Positions 1-15,224 of a stretch of 64,000 bases of DNA are shown piece after piece. Position 1 is the first letter of the stretch. Each line of letters begins with the position of its first letter. A program made the translations under genes and the position numbers. The notes below the pieces were generated by a model. The model searched no databases, had not been told where the DNA came from, and saw only the letters and a program-made list of their open reading frames with translations. Source of the stretch: Eledone cirrhosa. Its lineage: Eukaryota. The stretch is taken from the NCBI GenBank assembly GCA_964016885.1, contig OZ024746.1, forward strand, positions 30,380,001 to 30,444,000, in the 5' to 3' direction.

Positions 1-179
1 ATTCAATATCATTAATTCGATATATTCGTGCCAACCCTTATCTATAGTAATGAATCTTGGGTACGAAAGGATTCGATGGTCTTGCATGCAAATTCAGCCG
101 TATTAATTGGACACTGTTGTTTCTGACAGGATACGCTGAAAGGCGTGCTTGATGACACTACCGCCACGACCCTCCCAAA

Positions 180-297
180 AAGAAGAAGAAGAAGAAGAAG
201 AAGAAGAAGAAGAAGAAGAAGAAGAAGAAGAAGAAGAAGAAGAAGAAGAAGAAGAAGAAGAAGAAGAAGAAGAAGAAGAAGAAGAAGAAGAAGAAGA
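180..297. repeat. (GAA)n microsatellite
   Basis: Pure GAA run; similar tracts at 3335-3491 and 16539-16595. Confidence 0.97.
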
Positions 298-996
298 TTG
301 TACAGTCACGGGAACCCTAAATGTAATTTCGGTATTGAATCAGTGTAACAATTACTGGTACAATCCCTCCAGCTCGAACAGACATCCAAACAGATTCCGT
401 CTCACCTAAAATAGTACGAAGTGGTATCAAACATGGAACCTCATGATTACCAGTCAAATATCTTAACCACTCAGCTATGCAATATAAAACATTATATATT
501 TTATTCACTTCGATGTTTATGTTTGTCTGTGTCTGGCAAAATCTGTTTTAAATAGGTAAACATATTTACTGTTTGATCCTTGTTTAAACATTACAAAAAC
601 AAAAACAAAACAACAATAATAAAATTAAAATTCAATAAACCTAGAAACTTCAAGGAAACCCTCCTTCTGTTATCGATATACAAAACAAAATACTGCGACT
701 GTTGAATATTTCATACTATAATTCAATATATCCAGTAAGTTTCTTTAAATATTTGCTCATGGAAACATTCAGAATCTAACCACATTTGCTGTTGTGTTGC
801 CTGTAGAGAAATCATATACTAGCCTAGACATGGAAGCAAATTAAAATAATTCTCTCATACATTTTTTTTTTGTTTGTGTCATTTACGTTGTCTGATCCAA
901 TTATGTGAGAAACCATTAAGTGAACTCTGGTTAAAATTGGTTTCACCACTGAAATCAGATTTTGTCTATATGATTTCCTCCTTCTTTATACATAAT

Positions 997-1303
997 GTAT
1001 GTGTATATTTGTCTGTGTGTTTGTGTTTGTGTTTTTGTGATTTTGTGTATGTGTGTGTGTGTATGTGTGTATGTGTGTGTGTATGTGCGAGTATGTGTGT
1101 GACCGTGTGTATGTGTCTATATGTGTGTATGTGTGTATGTATGTGTATGTGTATGTATGCGTTTGTGTTTGTTTATGTGTGTTTATGTGTGTATGTGTGT
1201 ATGTATGTATGTATGTGTATGTTTGTATGTGTATATCTGTGTTTGTGTGTGTGTACATGTGTGTCTATGTGTATGTGCAACTCTGTATGTGTGTTTGTGT
1301 GTG
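997..1303. repeat. Degenerate (TG)n/(TGTA)n microsatellite
   Basis: Direct inspection. Other TG/CA tracts at about 3736-3895, 6666-6855, 12650-12817, 16269-16445, 21064-21240, 23518-23630, 52542-52690 and 61984-62072. Confidence 0.95.
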
Positions 1304-1765
1304 ATTTATTGAAGCAAATACCTGCAAGATGGATGTAATATACTTCTTGCCCATGTCTGTAACTCTCTTTGGTTGTCGTCATTTCATTCTACTTGGAATT
1401 TCTAGTTTCTTAATATAAACTTAAAACCCACGTTTTCCTTTGTCACTTCTCATAAAAATATAAAATATTTGTCTTTACAAATCCTATAGTTTCATTCATG
1501 AAAAATTCTAGATTGAGGACCAGAATGAAATGCTTTCCTCAGGAAGACGCAGAAAAATTCCAAGAAGGCTTGGGCGAAACAGTTACGTACATTGTCTGTG
1601 GGGCCCAGCCTTGGCAAAGGAATGAATAAATCCAGAGCAAGGGTTAAAACGCTACACCCCAGGCTCACATATAGCATTTCAACCTATCAGGAATAAATCT
1701 TATGTGGTCTCAATGTTCCCTATTTAATGTTATTAAATCTGCACATCCACGAATTATGTCTATTA

Positions 1766-1921
<156 letters not shown>

Positions 1922-2375
1922 AGAGAGGGGGAGGGGGAGAGAGAGAGAGACATAAAGCGAGGAAGAGATAGACAGATAGATATTAATATATTTTCTATAT
2001 TTTATGATTTACTGTGTATTTTGACCCAATGTATTTCAAAATACACAGCAACGGTGCTGTATATTTTGGGAGATATATATTTTAAGAGTAGCTGTATAAT
2101 TTAAGAGATGTTCTATAATGTAATACCGGACGAAATTGGATGTCATTTCGTTGAAGGTCATAAGCGACATAAAGTAAGTGGTATAAAATTGCTAGCTTTC
2201 GGCGTGACATAAGACTAATTCCCAACCTCACCGTGTTACAACAATATTACCTCTTGTCCAACACTGCTACTGACCAACTAAAACACTGATATTTACTTTT
2301 CAATGTCAACATTGACTTGAGAATGAGTCTATGATCTCAGTCAGCAATCAAACACACACACGCACACACAGAGAC

Positions 2376-3024
<649 letters not shown>

Positions 3025-3461
3025 TGGTGGGTGAAATCTGTTACACATCTAAGGTCGGTCAAAATCAATATCAATTCTTCCGATGACGAAATTGGCAAAA
3101 GGAGAAATACGTATCTAAACTTGTTAAAGTACAACGTGAAGAGTCGTTATTTGTTTTGTTTTGTTGGAGATTTATTATTTTCTATTGTACTTTTTTCATT
3201 TTATGTTCTCTGATATTATTAGAGTGGATAATAAATAAAGTGTTCGTTCTGTCAACTGCCTACATGATCAGTGTTGGGTCGGTAATTGGGGTGGTGGAGA
3301 AGGTGGAGAGAGTGGAGAGGGTGGATGAGGGGTAGAAGAAGAAGAAGAAGAAGAAGAAGAAGAAGAAGAAGAAGAAGAAGAAGAAGAAGAAGAAGAAGAA
3401 GAAGGAGGAGGAGGAGGAGAAGATGAAGAAGAAGAAGAAGAAGAAGAAGAAGAAGAAGAAG

Positions 3462-3494
<33 letters not shown>

Positions 3495-3794
3495 TGTGTA
3501 AATAAAAGTCTTGTAGCTGTTCCACAAGGAGAAAGCGATTCTAAATGATGTGGGTGGGAAGGCAAATGGCCAAAACACACTTAACTCTTTTAGTTCCAAC
3601 TGATATATTCTTCGCATGTCTTGTTTCTGATATTATCTGCACAGTTTCACATTATCATATTTTTATACGATGTTACACCACATACATTTCAGGTGCGGGC
3701 ATCTTATATATCTATATATATATATATATATGGATGTGTGTGTGTGTCTGTGTCTGTGTCTGTGTATATCTGTGTGTATGTGTGTGTGTGTGTT

Positions 3795-4205
<411 letters not shown>

Positions 4206-5804
4206 TGGCTTTTTCCACAAGCGAGATGCACTTCTCTCGATAAAAACTGCATTACGACTCCTTTAAAAATCCAGCAACAACAGGAAAAGAATTTAAATAA
4301 GTATTGCTTCTTTAATCGCCGTTTCCTTTTACACCAGAATACCAAACGCCGTAAACATATTTCCTCCACTTTACCTTGTTTGTTGTCAAGTTGAGTTCTT
4401 CCCATGATTTACTCTCTCCATCTACAATTGAGGTATCCGCAGTTTTTTGTTTTGTCTTTTTGTTTGTTTCTTTTTTTTTTATTCTTTTCTAGGTATCTTA
4501 CTTTCCAGGGGGGGGGTTTAAACAGAACACATGTTGAGCGTTTGATGTGGCCAAACAGTTTGAAAGTGATTTTTTTAAATTCTATTTTAAAATTGATTGT
4601 TGTTATGATTTGCTGTTGTTGATGTTATTGTTGTTGTGTCAGTTCTCGTTGATGTAATATTTTTTAACTGTCACAGTTAAATGTTTATCAATAAAATCCC
4701 ATTACATGAATCTGAAATACTATTGTTTCAGTCAATAGTAATTACATGTAGATAGTAACTGAGTTACCCTTCCACTAAAAACTTTCTGTTTATATCTTGG
4801 ATGTGACACGTGACACATAACACTTAGCACTCACTGACATTTTAAATGGTTTTAAAATAAGTGTTAGTATTTTAAGGAATATTAAATTAGTATGAGTGCA
4901 TGCGAATCAATTAGATTATACAAGAAACTTATAAAGAGGATGTAGACAAAAAGTTTTATAAAATGTTATGTCGCTTGTCTTATTGCCCTGCAGATCTATT
5001 GCGTTAATAAAATAGTTCCAAACAGAGGCACATATTTGAGTGAGAAACAACGATATAGAGAGACAGGAGGAGACATAGTGAAAGGGGGGTGAAAAAGGGG
5101 AAAGGGGAGTGGGCGAGAGAAGGGCATAGTAGTTTAAATCGACTCCACTTCTCATTTGATTTGGTTCCTTGTTTTAACAACACCCGGAAAGGATGAAGCG
5201 GACGTTTATAACATGGAAAACTAAAACTTTCCTGACCATTGACACTCTTTCAGACATTGAACTTGTTTTCTTGAAATACTATTATGGAAACCAACAATAA
5301 ACACTTTGGCCCTCATTTTACACGGATAGTTGGTCTTCTCATGAGCACCACGTTATCAACCAACAAACAGCGTATGGACTCTTATATACGAATGTCTATA
5401 TATGTCGGTATTTTGAAGGAGACATAACATCAGGTTCTCTGGTGGATGAGGAAAGTTAGAAAAATAATTGATAGTTGTAGGGGTTAGAGTTTTATAGCGT
5501 TTGTTTGTGTGTGTGCGTGGGGGGGGTGTATTCTTTTTAAATAGTTTACGAGAGCATAGATTTAAATTGATAATAATCAAAATTGCAAAAGACATGGGTC
5601 AACCGTTTTTAGATCAAAAGAATAAACCACTTCTGTTCACGTTCAATATTTAGCGTCTATTTCATCAATAAACAGTGCTTAACACCTGATAATGGTGTAG
5701 GAGCGCCATCTTGACTCATGGCGTATCTTCAGCATTTTAAACCTGCCGGAACTCGTCCGTTTTCTTTCAGAGAGAAAGAGAGGAGAGGAGAGGGAAAGAG
5801 GAAG

Positions 5805-5960
5805 AATCGACCCGAATTCATGACTGGTTCATTGTTTGTGGACCTCGAAAGAATGAAAGGCAAGGTTAGCCTCGACGGCATTTGAACTCAGAGTGTAATG
5901 AGCCATAACAAAAACCGATTCATTTTAAATCCGACTCCCCAACGACTTTACCAACTCACC
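5805..5960 (-). mobile_element. SINE family A, degenerate copy
   Basis: gaatgaaaggcaaggttagcctcgacggcatttgaactcaga matches the reverse complement of the family A core. Confidence 0.7.
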
Positions 5961-6044
5961 AACTTTATTATGACATATAGTTGTAAATATTAGTCGAAAT
6001 AAAATAAACAGTCGCTAAAAGTATTTTTTGCCATTATTTTTTAT

Positions 6045-6152
6045 AATCCCGCCGAGGTTAACTTTTCCTTTCATCCTTACGAGGTCGATAAAATAAAGTA
6101 CCAGTAATGCACTGGATATTTGCTGGCCGTGTGCCAAAAGTAGAAACAATTA
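6045..6152 (+). mobile_element. SINE family A, 5'-truncated
   Basis: atcccgccgaggttaac...cctttcatccttacgaggtcgataaaataaagtacc...agaaacaattat; flanked by direct repeats of attat plus a T-run (TSD-like). Confidence 0.85.
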
Positions 6153-6661
6153 TTTTTTATATGTTCTTCTGTTTGTTTGGCTGAGAATATTCAACATAGA
6201 GTGATTCCCTTTCAATATGTCCTCCTTGCTATCCTCCCAGGTAAAAAGATTCACTATTATATCCAACGAGACCATAAGAAATATCTATCTTATGTATCAA
6301 TTCAATGCTGCATTATGGAAAAGAAAACTTATTATGTGTCTTTAGCATACAGACGTGTTTTCTTGTTTATTTATATCTCTTTGTCACAGAATAAATATAA
6401 AAAGTGTGTTCTCGCTCAGGTTCATAAAGAATATTTAATAAAAAAAATATTAAATATATTATATGTAAAGCTACAGAAATATTTAGACACAGTTTCTATC
6501 AAAGTTTTTTATATCATACCGTTGATAAATATTTACAAATTTTAGCGTTATTAAACATCAACTCTCTCTATGACAATAAAGCTTAAAGCATTTATTATAA
6601 AACATTTTAATATCAAATATACTTTGTGTCGATATGCTATGAATATACAAATGTACATTCT

Positions 6662-6837
<176 letters not shown>

Positions 6838-6857
6838 CGTGTGTGTGTGTGTGTGAT

Positions 6858-6947
6858 TTGTTGCTGTCCTTCTACTTCGACCATTTATTCCTGGGAGAGT
6901 CATGGAGGCAGAGTCCTCAAGCACGCAGTCTATCGGGTCCTCACAGA
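6858..6947 (-). mobile_element. LINE (RTE-like) extreme 3' fragment
   Basis: Near-identical to 12021-12110. Confidence 0.65.
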
Positions 6948-7048
6948 ATTCTATATAGGCGAAAATATATACTTTTTACGCCTATGTACATGGGCTGATT
7001 AGTCTTATTCGCATATGGAGCTGTCGGCGAGACCGAAATTTTTGTTAT

Positions 7049-7121
<73 letters not shown>

Positions 7122-7136
7122 CGCTCTCTCTCTCTC

Positions 7137-7173
<37 letters not shown>

Positions 7174-7714
7174 ATACTTGGGGAGGGTCATATTTGTGTA
7201 ATATTCCCAGAATTAATAACAGAACACACTCACTGTTTGGTTGATTTTTCGCTTCTGTGTCTTTTATATCGGTTAATTTAATTTATTCGGTGCTCAATGT
7301 TGCCATTGACTGACCAACGGTCAAAAATACAGATACAATATAGACACAAACACATATATATAGTCTATCAAAGTTCTTTCGTTGCACATCTGCAACATCA
7401 TCAGTGTTGCTATTATGTTTCCTCCCGTTGCATTGTATGCTTACGCCATCTTTAATAAGTCTGTTTATTTATTTGTTTTTTTTTTTGTTTTTTTTTGTCT
7501 TCTCTGCGCATGCGTTTGCGTATAATGTTTTGTTTGATGTGTGTTCTTGTTTGGGTGACTGTGTATTGGTTAATGTATTCTATCTTAGTTTACTAGTGTG
7601 TGTTTATATGTGTTTGTTGTTATTGTGCTTGTGTATGTATTTATCTATTTATCTATTTATACTTCTCTTAGGTCAGTGTTGTTTGTTTGGGTGTTGTTGT
7701 TATTCTATTCATTT

Positions 7715-8110
7715 TTTCAATTCAGCCTTGGTCTTCTAAGTTCTATTTCGCTGGCCTCTCTGATTTGCCTATCTGCTGGGTCATTTCTATGTTTAGATAT
7801 TATTCTAACTTCTATGTTGTCTATGTTACCATTGTGTTGTTGTCTGGCATGTTCGTATAGTACTGAACCGTCTTTTCGTCTTTTTAGCCCCCCCCCCCCC
7901 CCCAGTGTTGGTCTATCCTTTCACCTATGCTACGAGCTGTCTCGCCTATGTATGTTGTTGTCATGTTTCTGCAAGTACCCTCTGTACATCTTATGCTATA
8001 GACTACGTTTCTAGTTACAGTTTATCCGGGGGTTTACTCTACATATGATACATTTCCTATTAGTACAGTGGGTTTTCTTAAAAGGGTATGTTTTGCTGAT
8101 CAGGGATTTA
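7715..8110 (-). pseudogene. GIY-YIG endonuclease remnant of a Penelope-like element
   Basis: Manual translation shows VVY-x-I-x-C...YIGET...R..H, then H and E..I...P.LN motifs; frameshifted near 8011. Confidence 0.85.
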
Positions 8111-8458
8111 GAAATAGAACTTAGAAGACCAAGGCTAAACAGAAAAAATGAATGGAATAACAACAACACCCAAACAAACAACACTGACCTAAGAGAAGTA
8201 TAAATAGATAGATAGATAAATAAATAAATAGATAAATACATACACAAGCACAATAACAACAAACACTTATAAACACATACTAGTAAACTAAGATAGAATA
8301 GATTAACCAATACACAGTCACCCAAACAAGAACACGCATCAAACAAAACACTATACGCAAACGTATGCGCAGAGAAGACAAAAAAAAATGATAAATAAAT
8401 AAATAAACAGACTAAATAAAGATGGCGTAAGCATACAATGCAACGGGAGGAAACGTAA

Positions 8459-8510
8459 TAGCAACACTGACGATGTTGCAAATGTGCAACGAAAGAACTT
8501 TGATAGACTA
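8459..8510 (+). ncRNA. Hammerhead ribozyme-like motif in pseudo-LTR (inverted twin at 7362-7412, minus)
   Basis: CTGACGA (CTGATGA in the twin), T, GTTGCA-aatg-TGCAAC, GAAA, gaac, TT. Stem I is imperfect. Confidence 0.65.
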
Positions 8511-10106
8511 TATATATGTGTTTGTGTCTATATTGTATCTGTATTTTTGACCGTTGGTCAGTCAATGGCAACATTGAGGACCGAATAAATTAAATTAACC
8601 GATATAAAAGACACAGAAGCGAAAACCAACCAAACAGTGAGTGTGTTCTGTTATTAATTCTGGCAATATTACACAAATATGACCCTCCCCAAGTATAACA
8701 ACATTTGTTTCGACACACGATTTCATATCAAAAGCCTCGCAAAACTAATATATATATATATATATATATATACGTATATATATATATATGCATATATATG
8801 CATATATATATATATGCATTTGTATATATATATATATACATATATATATATGTGTGTGTGTGTGTATCAAATTTTAAAGATGTATGTACCTGTTATTTTT
8901 CTCTAATTTTTTTTTTTTTTGTTGTTTCCGCCACTGCCCGTCTCCGCAATCTTCCTATTTCTTCTTTAATTTTTCTTTCTATGCGTTAAGACTATTTTCC
9001 TACTATATTATGCATAATACTAATAATATATTTCTTCATTGTACTGTGTCGTTTACTTTGTTATTTCTGTTTGCCTTTTACATACATATATAATATTTGA
9101 ATTGATTTACTCGCTATTATATATTTCCTCACCCATAATAAATTCTTCCCTTTTCAATAAAAATCAATATCTTAGCATTTCTAAACTATATTTTCTATAA
9201 AAATGACTGACGCTGATGCCTAATGATGACGTCTTTAGCAAGGATTTATATTGCTCGGAAAATAATGGTGGTTTTTCGCAATGAAATCTTCAATCGTTTT
9301 TATAATCAATAACATTCCAATGAAATTTGGAAAGAAAAGGGGAAGAATTTAAGGTTATTTGCGTGTACCCAAAGTTCAGGCAATGCTATGTTGTGAACCC
9401 TCTGTGAATTAAAATAAGTCAAAGAAAAAACTCTAGAGAAGATATCAATATTGGAGACAGCAAATAAAACTATTTGAATGAATAATGTTGAAATGGCAAA
9501 GATAAAGGAAATGTCACCGATATCTCTAACCATTCACGTTGGAGTGAATTCAAATGTCTGTTCAATGAGTTATCTGTAAAATTTTCTAGATACTTTGATT
9601 TTGAAAAAGATAGAATTCATGAAAACCGTCAAGAAATTCAGAAATGAGTGAATGCATTAAAGCATTTAAAAAGAGATTTATTTTCATTAACAAAAAGAAA
9701 GTTTGTTAAGTTCATATTTTAAACTTTAAACTGTCTTTTTAGCTGCTCAAATCCCTTCGGCTAGAATACCGGAACCATATAGATAAAAATTACATAATTT
9801 GTATTTTGTATTATGAGAGTGGAGTGTGTACATTCTACTCACTGTACATCAAAATCTTTTGAAGGTATGTTGTTTAGTGGTTAGGATGTTCGATTCATGA
9901 CCGTAAAGTCGTTAGTTCAATTCTGTTGATTCCATGAGTAATAAAATTATTTTCCCAGCTGGATAAAATGAGTTGTATCTGTGATTCACAGAGTCAGCTT
10001 TTGCACACACTGTTAAATCTTCCAGAGAACTATGTTAAAAGTACAAGTGTTTGTGAAATGCTCAACATTTGCATGTTAACTTTACTGTTCGATTAATCGA
10101 GGGAGT

Positions 10107-10295
10107 AATAATTGTTTCTACTATTGGCACAAGGCCAGCAATTACCCAGTACATTACTGGTACTTTATTTTATCGACCCCGTAAGGATGAAAGGCAAAGT
10201 TAACCTCGGCAGGATTTGAACTCAGAATGGCAAGGGCCGTAACTCTATGCGTCAAAGCATGGCGTCCGACCCTCTACCGATACTGCCAATTCACC
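10107..10295 (-). mobile_element. SINE family A, full length
   Basis: Reverse complement of the 15225-15412 type sequence with A-box/B-box-like head. Confidence 0.9.
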
Positions 10296-10658
10296 GTGAC
10301 AGTGGTTAGATATTTTTTACTAACATGTTCAGTATGCAAATGCGATCTACCAACTTCGCAAGTCGAATATCTTATTTTCTCTTCAAACGAAGAAAGGGTT
10401 GTACAAAACCTGCGGCCAACATATTTCTCAGCACTGACCAAGATTAAACCTTTGTCCATCATTAAATCTTCACAAGAACTCCAGACAAATTTGGTTGGAA
10501 ACTGAAGATTTAGCACACACGTGATTCTGAAAGAGTGTAGCTAACATTGCTGCATGCATGGCAGTGTGGTTAAAGAGTTTGTCTCGCAAGCACGTGGTTT
10601 TAGGTTCATCTCTGGCCCCACGACCCTCTCAGGAATAAGTGGGCGAATAAGAATAATA

Positions 10659-10741
<83 letters not shown>

Positions 10742-10830
10742 TACACACGTGCTTTTTCTGAAAATAAATTTGTTCCCTTCCTTTCTCTTCTCATTCGCTA
10801 TTTTTCTATTTCATCTTTGCTTTGTTATTC

Positions 10831-10868
10831 TATCTTCTGATGAAGGACTAGAGGTCGAAATGTAAATA
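10831..10868 (+). ncRNA. Minimal hammerhead-like motif in a pLTR-like fragment after (TA)n
   Basis: tctt CTGATGA ag-GAC-tagag-GTC GAAA tg TA aata. Downstream tcaagcgttaaactaat is shared with 26561-26577. Confidence 0.6.
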
Positions 10869-12020
10869 CTCTTTTCCTATTCTATCAAGCGTTAAACTAA
10901 TGTATTCATTTATTTTACTGTGTTGTTTGCTTTGCTGTTACTTACATATGTGTTGTTACTTTCATATGTGTATTTGTGTCTATGTTTACCTTTGTATATG
11001 TGTCTATGTATATTTTACTTAACGTAGTGGTTCAACCAAAACAGGGTTGATAAAATAGTTGCTAGACTCGAAAAGAGATAGGTACTGGGGTTAATAGGAT
11101 TGACTTAATTACTTTAATGGGGTGCTGTAGCATGGCCGCACTTGTATGACTGAAACCAGTAGAAGAATAGTATCCTCGACATTTTAGTAGATGAAATGCT
11201 CTCTGTCTTGAAGTACACATTAAATGGCTATCTGAATTCTCCTAAAAGGACTCTTTGTCCAAACAAGTGCCGGTTTGTATGAAGATACCATAAAAATGTG
11301 AGAGCTATTCACAGCCAAGAAAGAGTTATTGATTACAACCAATAAAAGCCGTCTACTAACATTGTTAGAAATATTATTGCGATTGTTGTTGTGGTTGTTG
11401 TTGTTGTTTGCCAGCAATGTTAGCTTTAAATGCTGCAGTTTTGTATAGAGAACTTTAGTTAAGGATGCCCTCCAGTTCACAATTGTAACCTGGCCATTTC
11501 TACTAACAAAGACTCTCAAATATTAAATACATTAAATACGTTCAGCGTTTCATTATTATTTACACTATGAATATTTGATAATAACTTCAAATGCCAACAA
11601 AGGCTGAATTATAATTTTATACAATACATTGTCCCCAAATACATTGAGTTAAATTTTATTATTATTTAATTTCTAATTAAATTTTACTGGTAATAATATT
11701 TTATGTAAGTTGAATTATGCAATATAACTTAAAAGAGACTCATGAAAACGGCACAATAGCTGTTGGAAATCGCTGTATTGAAAATAGCTTTTATATATTG
11801 AAAGTGCGTTAAAATCTCATTGTGTTATATGTAATACTATAAACTATTTTAATATCACATATCAGTGTTAGTAAGTCGTATCATAGTTTATTATTATCAA
11901 CAGAACTTTGTATAATCCAATAAACAACGCATGATTCAATATACACCAGACTGGCAAACTTGTTGAATGTCTGCTAATATGAAGATATTAGTAAGAGCGA
12001 CAATATTAAAAACACGTAGA

Positions 12021-12295
12021 TGTTGCTGTTCTTCTACTTCGACCATTTATTCCTGGGAGCGTCATGGAGGCAGAGTCCTCAAGCACGCAGTCTATCGGGT
12101 CCTCACAGAAGCAACCGTCTCCAATTCATCCGGGTGAATCCCCATGCAAGGCCAACCGAGTTCATGGATGTTATCCAACCATCTTGCTCGTGGACTACCC
12201 TTGGGTGCCTTGCCGGCTGGTTTTACCTAGAAAGTTTGTCCAGTGATTCTTTCCTGAGACATCCTAACCACATGTCTGTAATATCGGAGCTGTGA
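12021..12295 (-). mobile_element. LINE (RTE-like) 3' fragment
   Basis: Minus strand encodes a degenerate ...PRARWLDNIHELGW... LINE C-terminus; homologous to 51780-52180. Confidence 0.65.
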
Positions 12296-12663
12296 TTTGT
12301 TTTTTGTTTTTTTTCTTCTTGTTTTTGTTTTTTGTGTGGGTGTTTTACTTTTTTGTTGTTTTTCTTAAATCTCGTTCTGGTCTCAGGAAATCACAAGAGA
12401 ATTGACTTCGTCATCAATTCAATATTGAAATGATAAGTACAATTAATCATTTATTTTATTACTGGTTTTGTTTCAGTCATTTCTCAGCAGCTCTGCTGCA
12501 GCACCACATTTAACAGCTTTAGTCAATCACATCGATCATATCGATTCAATCTGTTATTTCTGTAAAGTGCCGTGATGTACAATTAACACTTTAATCAAGT
12601 CGAACATTAGATGTTAGTGTGTTTCTGTAGCAATTCACATTCAAATAAACACACGCACGCACA

Positions 12664-12790
<127 letters not shown>

Positions 12791-12884
12791 TCACACACAC
12801 ATACACAAACACACACACTAAATGCGAAGCTCGATATATTAACTCCTTAGGAAAAGGCAGAGAGCATAATTTTCTTTAATTATA

Positions 12885-12992
12885 TCCCGCCGAGGTTAAC
12901 TTTGCCTTTCATCCTTACGGGGTCGATAAAATAAAGTACCAGTAATACACTGGGATAATTGCTGGCCTTGTGCCAAAAGTAGAAACAATTAT
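12885..12992 (+). mobile_element. SINE family A, 5'-truncated
   Basis: Family core and tail; aattatat direct repeats. Confidence 0.85.
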
Positions 12993-13451
12993 ATATATAC
13001 AGTGGCGGTGGAACTGGGGTGGGAGCATGCCCCCTTCCTATAATTATATTTTCTCCCCAAACTACCAAAACACACATCTATTTGGATATGCGCTATATTT
13101 ATGTACATTTATCGAAGTTTTCTCATCATTTTAGAGTGCAAAGATCTAAACTGATCACTAAAACTAAATCGTCCAAATTTTTCACAATTGTTGTTAATTT
13201 GGAGAAATGCGCCCCGTAAAATCAGCTTCCTATGTGGCTGCCTATTTTGCCTATATGATAGCGCCGGCCCTGCTTGTCACACAGTGCTACGTTCAATATC
13301 CCAGAGAATTATGCTATAGGTATACATTTATGTGGAATACTCAGCCATTTACACATTCTGATATGAAATCCCGTTCTGATATGAAACAACTAGAACATTC
13401 ATCGTCGAAACCATTGGTGGTCCATTCCGGTTTCAATATTACATCAAACAA

Positions 13452-13680
13452 GGGCAGTGGATTAGCAGTATCGGTAGAGTGCCGAACAACATACTTTGAA
13501 CCATATAGTTGCGGCCCTTTACGTTCTGAGTTTAAATCCCTTCGAGATAAGCTTTCCCTTTCATTATTTCGGGATCGATAAAATGAAGTACCAGTAATAC
13601 ATTGGGGTCGATGTAATCGACTGTCCTCTCTCCCAAGATTGGTGGCCTTGTGCCTAAATCAGAGAGCAATATTGCATCAA
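13452..13680 (+). mobile_element. SINE family A, older and longer variant
   Basis: gcagtggattagcagtatcggtagag head; core tttcattatttcgggatcgataaaatgaagtacc. Confidence 0.75.
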
Positions 13681-14652
13681 ACGTAGATAACAGAGAAATG
13701 ATGAATGAATAGCTTTTGATTTTGAATATTAAATTTCTTTAACTAAAGTTTCTTATTGTTTAACTTTGGGTTCTGTTGTAATAAATACTGCATATATATC
13801 CTCTTGCCACATTAGATGTACATTGAAGATATTCAGTTATATTTTCACTTTAATTCAAATGTATAAGAATATATTTCATCGGGGGAACAATTTGCCAGAT
13901 AGCTGCCATTTTTTTTTCATTTGAATTCAATTACGTTCCATTGAGTGCTGGATGTATTAAATAGTAAATAACATTTTCCACATTGCAACAATAGAGAGTT
14001 TGAGATTTTCTATCAAGTCTATCGCTGCATTAAACAAAATATAAAGAGGGCTAATCACCCGTTTTTGCCTAAACTCTAAAGAATGAAATACTGAAATGTA
14101 ACTAAGTGGGTGGGATGTGTAACACATCAATACAATTCTCGTGTTAAGACATTTGGAAACTCTGCAAAGTGAATATTTTATTCAATAAGTGCACATTGAT
14201 GCAGAACCCGGGCTAGCAAAAGCTATCAGAATAAAGCCAGAAAAGTTCAATAGAAATGTATGCAATGGCAAATTTATTATTATTATCATTATTATTATTA
14301 TCATTATTATTATTATTATCATCATCATTATCTTTATTATTTGATGAAATACATCAGCGTCTTTCAGGAAATACGTCAAGATGATATTAATATTATACAA
14401 TGAGGGATAGAAGACAGAGAAGAAGAGACACAGCATAAGAAACACACTAGTTGTATGTATAAATCTAATAATACGGTGAAAACCATGCCTGTTCAAGCTT
14501 GATGTCTTTGTTTCGGTCTATATATTTCTGCTTATGTCTAATTGGGTGCTGCCGTATAAGTAATATTTATTATCACCACTTCACGCTCTCCTCTTTACAC
14601 TTGAATTATTTATTGCTTTAGAGTCACATCTACTTTTGTTGTGCTATTACTT

Positions 14653-15200
14653 TGGATTGGTAGGATCGTTAGAACGTCGGATAAAATACTTTGAGATATT
14701 TAATTACGGATTTCTACGTTCTGATATCAAATCCCGTTTTGATATCAAATCAGTTTTACCTTTCGTTCTTCTGGGATCGATACAATAAAATACTAGTTAA
14801 GTACTGGAATCGATGTAATCGAATTTCACTCCCACCTGATTGTTGGCCTTGTGCCTAAATCAGAAACCATTATTATCATGATTACTACGACGGGGCATTG
14901 ACAGTATCGAGTGAGCGTCGGACAGCATGTTTTGCAGCATAGAGGTATGTCCCCTTACGTTCTGAGTTCAAATCCTGCCAAGGTTAACTTTGCTTTTCAT
15001 CCTTATGGGGTTAATAAAATAAAGTACCAGTAACGAAATGGGGTCGATTTAATTGACTTTCACCTTCCCTTCAAATTGCTGGTCTTGAGCCAAATGTAGA
15101 AACAATTATTACTAGATTATTGGATGGTGGATTGATAGTATCGGTAGAACATCAAGCAAAATGCTTTGTGGTATATAGTTACGACCCTTTTATGTTCTAT
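14653..15200 (+). mobile_element. Cluster of three older SINE family A copies
   Basis: Heads at about 14653, 14891 and 15125, separated by attatt tails. Confidence 0.7.
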
Positions 15201-15224
15201 CTATTTTCATTATCTTTGATTTGA

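Larger units (their letters stand above)
7169..8701 (-). mobile_element. 5'-truncated Penelope-like element with inverted pseudo-LTRs, beside (TA)n
   Basis: Inverted arms 7169-7749 and 8111-8701. The spacer on the minus strand reads KTHCTNRKCIICRVNPRINC then, after a frameshift, NVVYSIRCTEGTCRNMTTTYIGETARSIGERIDQH...VLYEHARQQH...RQIREASEIELRRPRLN (GIY-YIG endonuclease). Confidence 0.88.

Noticed and set aside
6992-7045. CTGATTA...GAAA motif
   Set aside because: Core mismatch and no stem I or stem III pairing.
13000-13272. hAT-like ends (cagtggcgg... and ...gccggccctg)
   Set aside because: The two ends are not complementary and there is no TSD; probably unrelated fragments.
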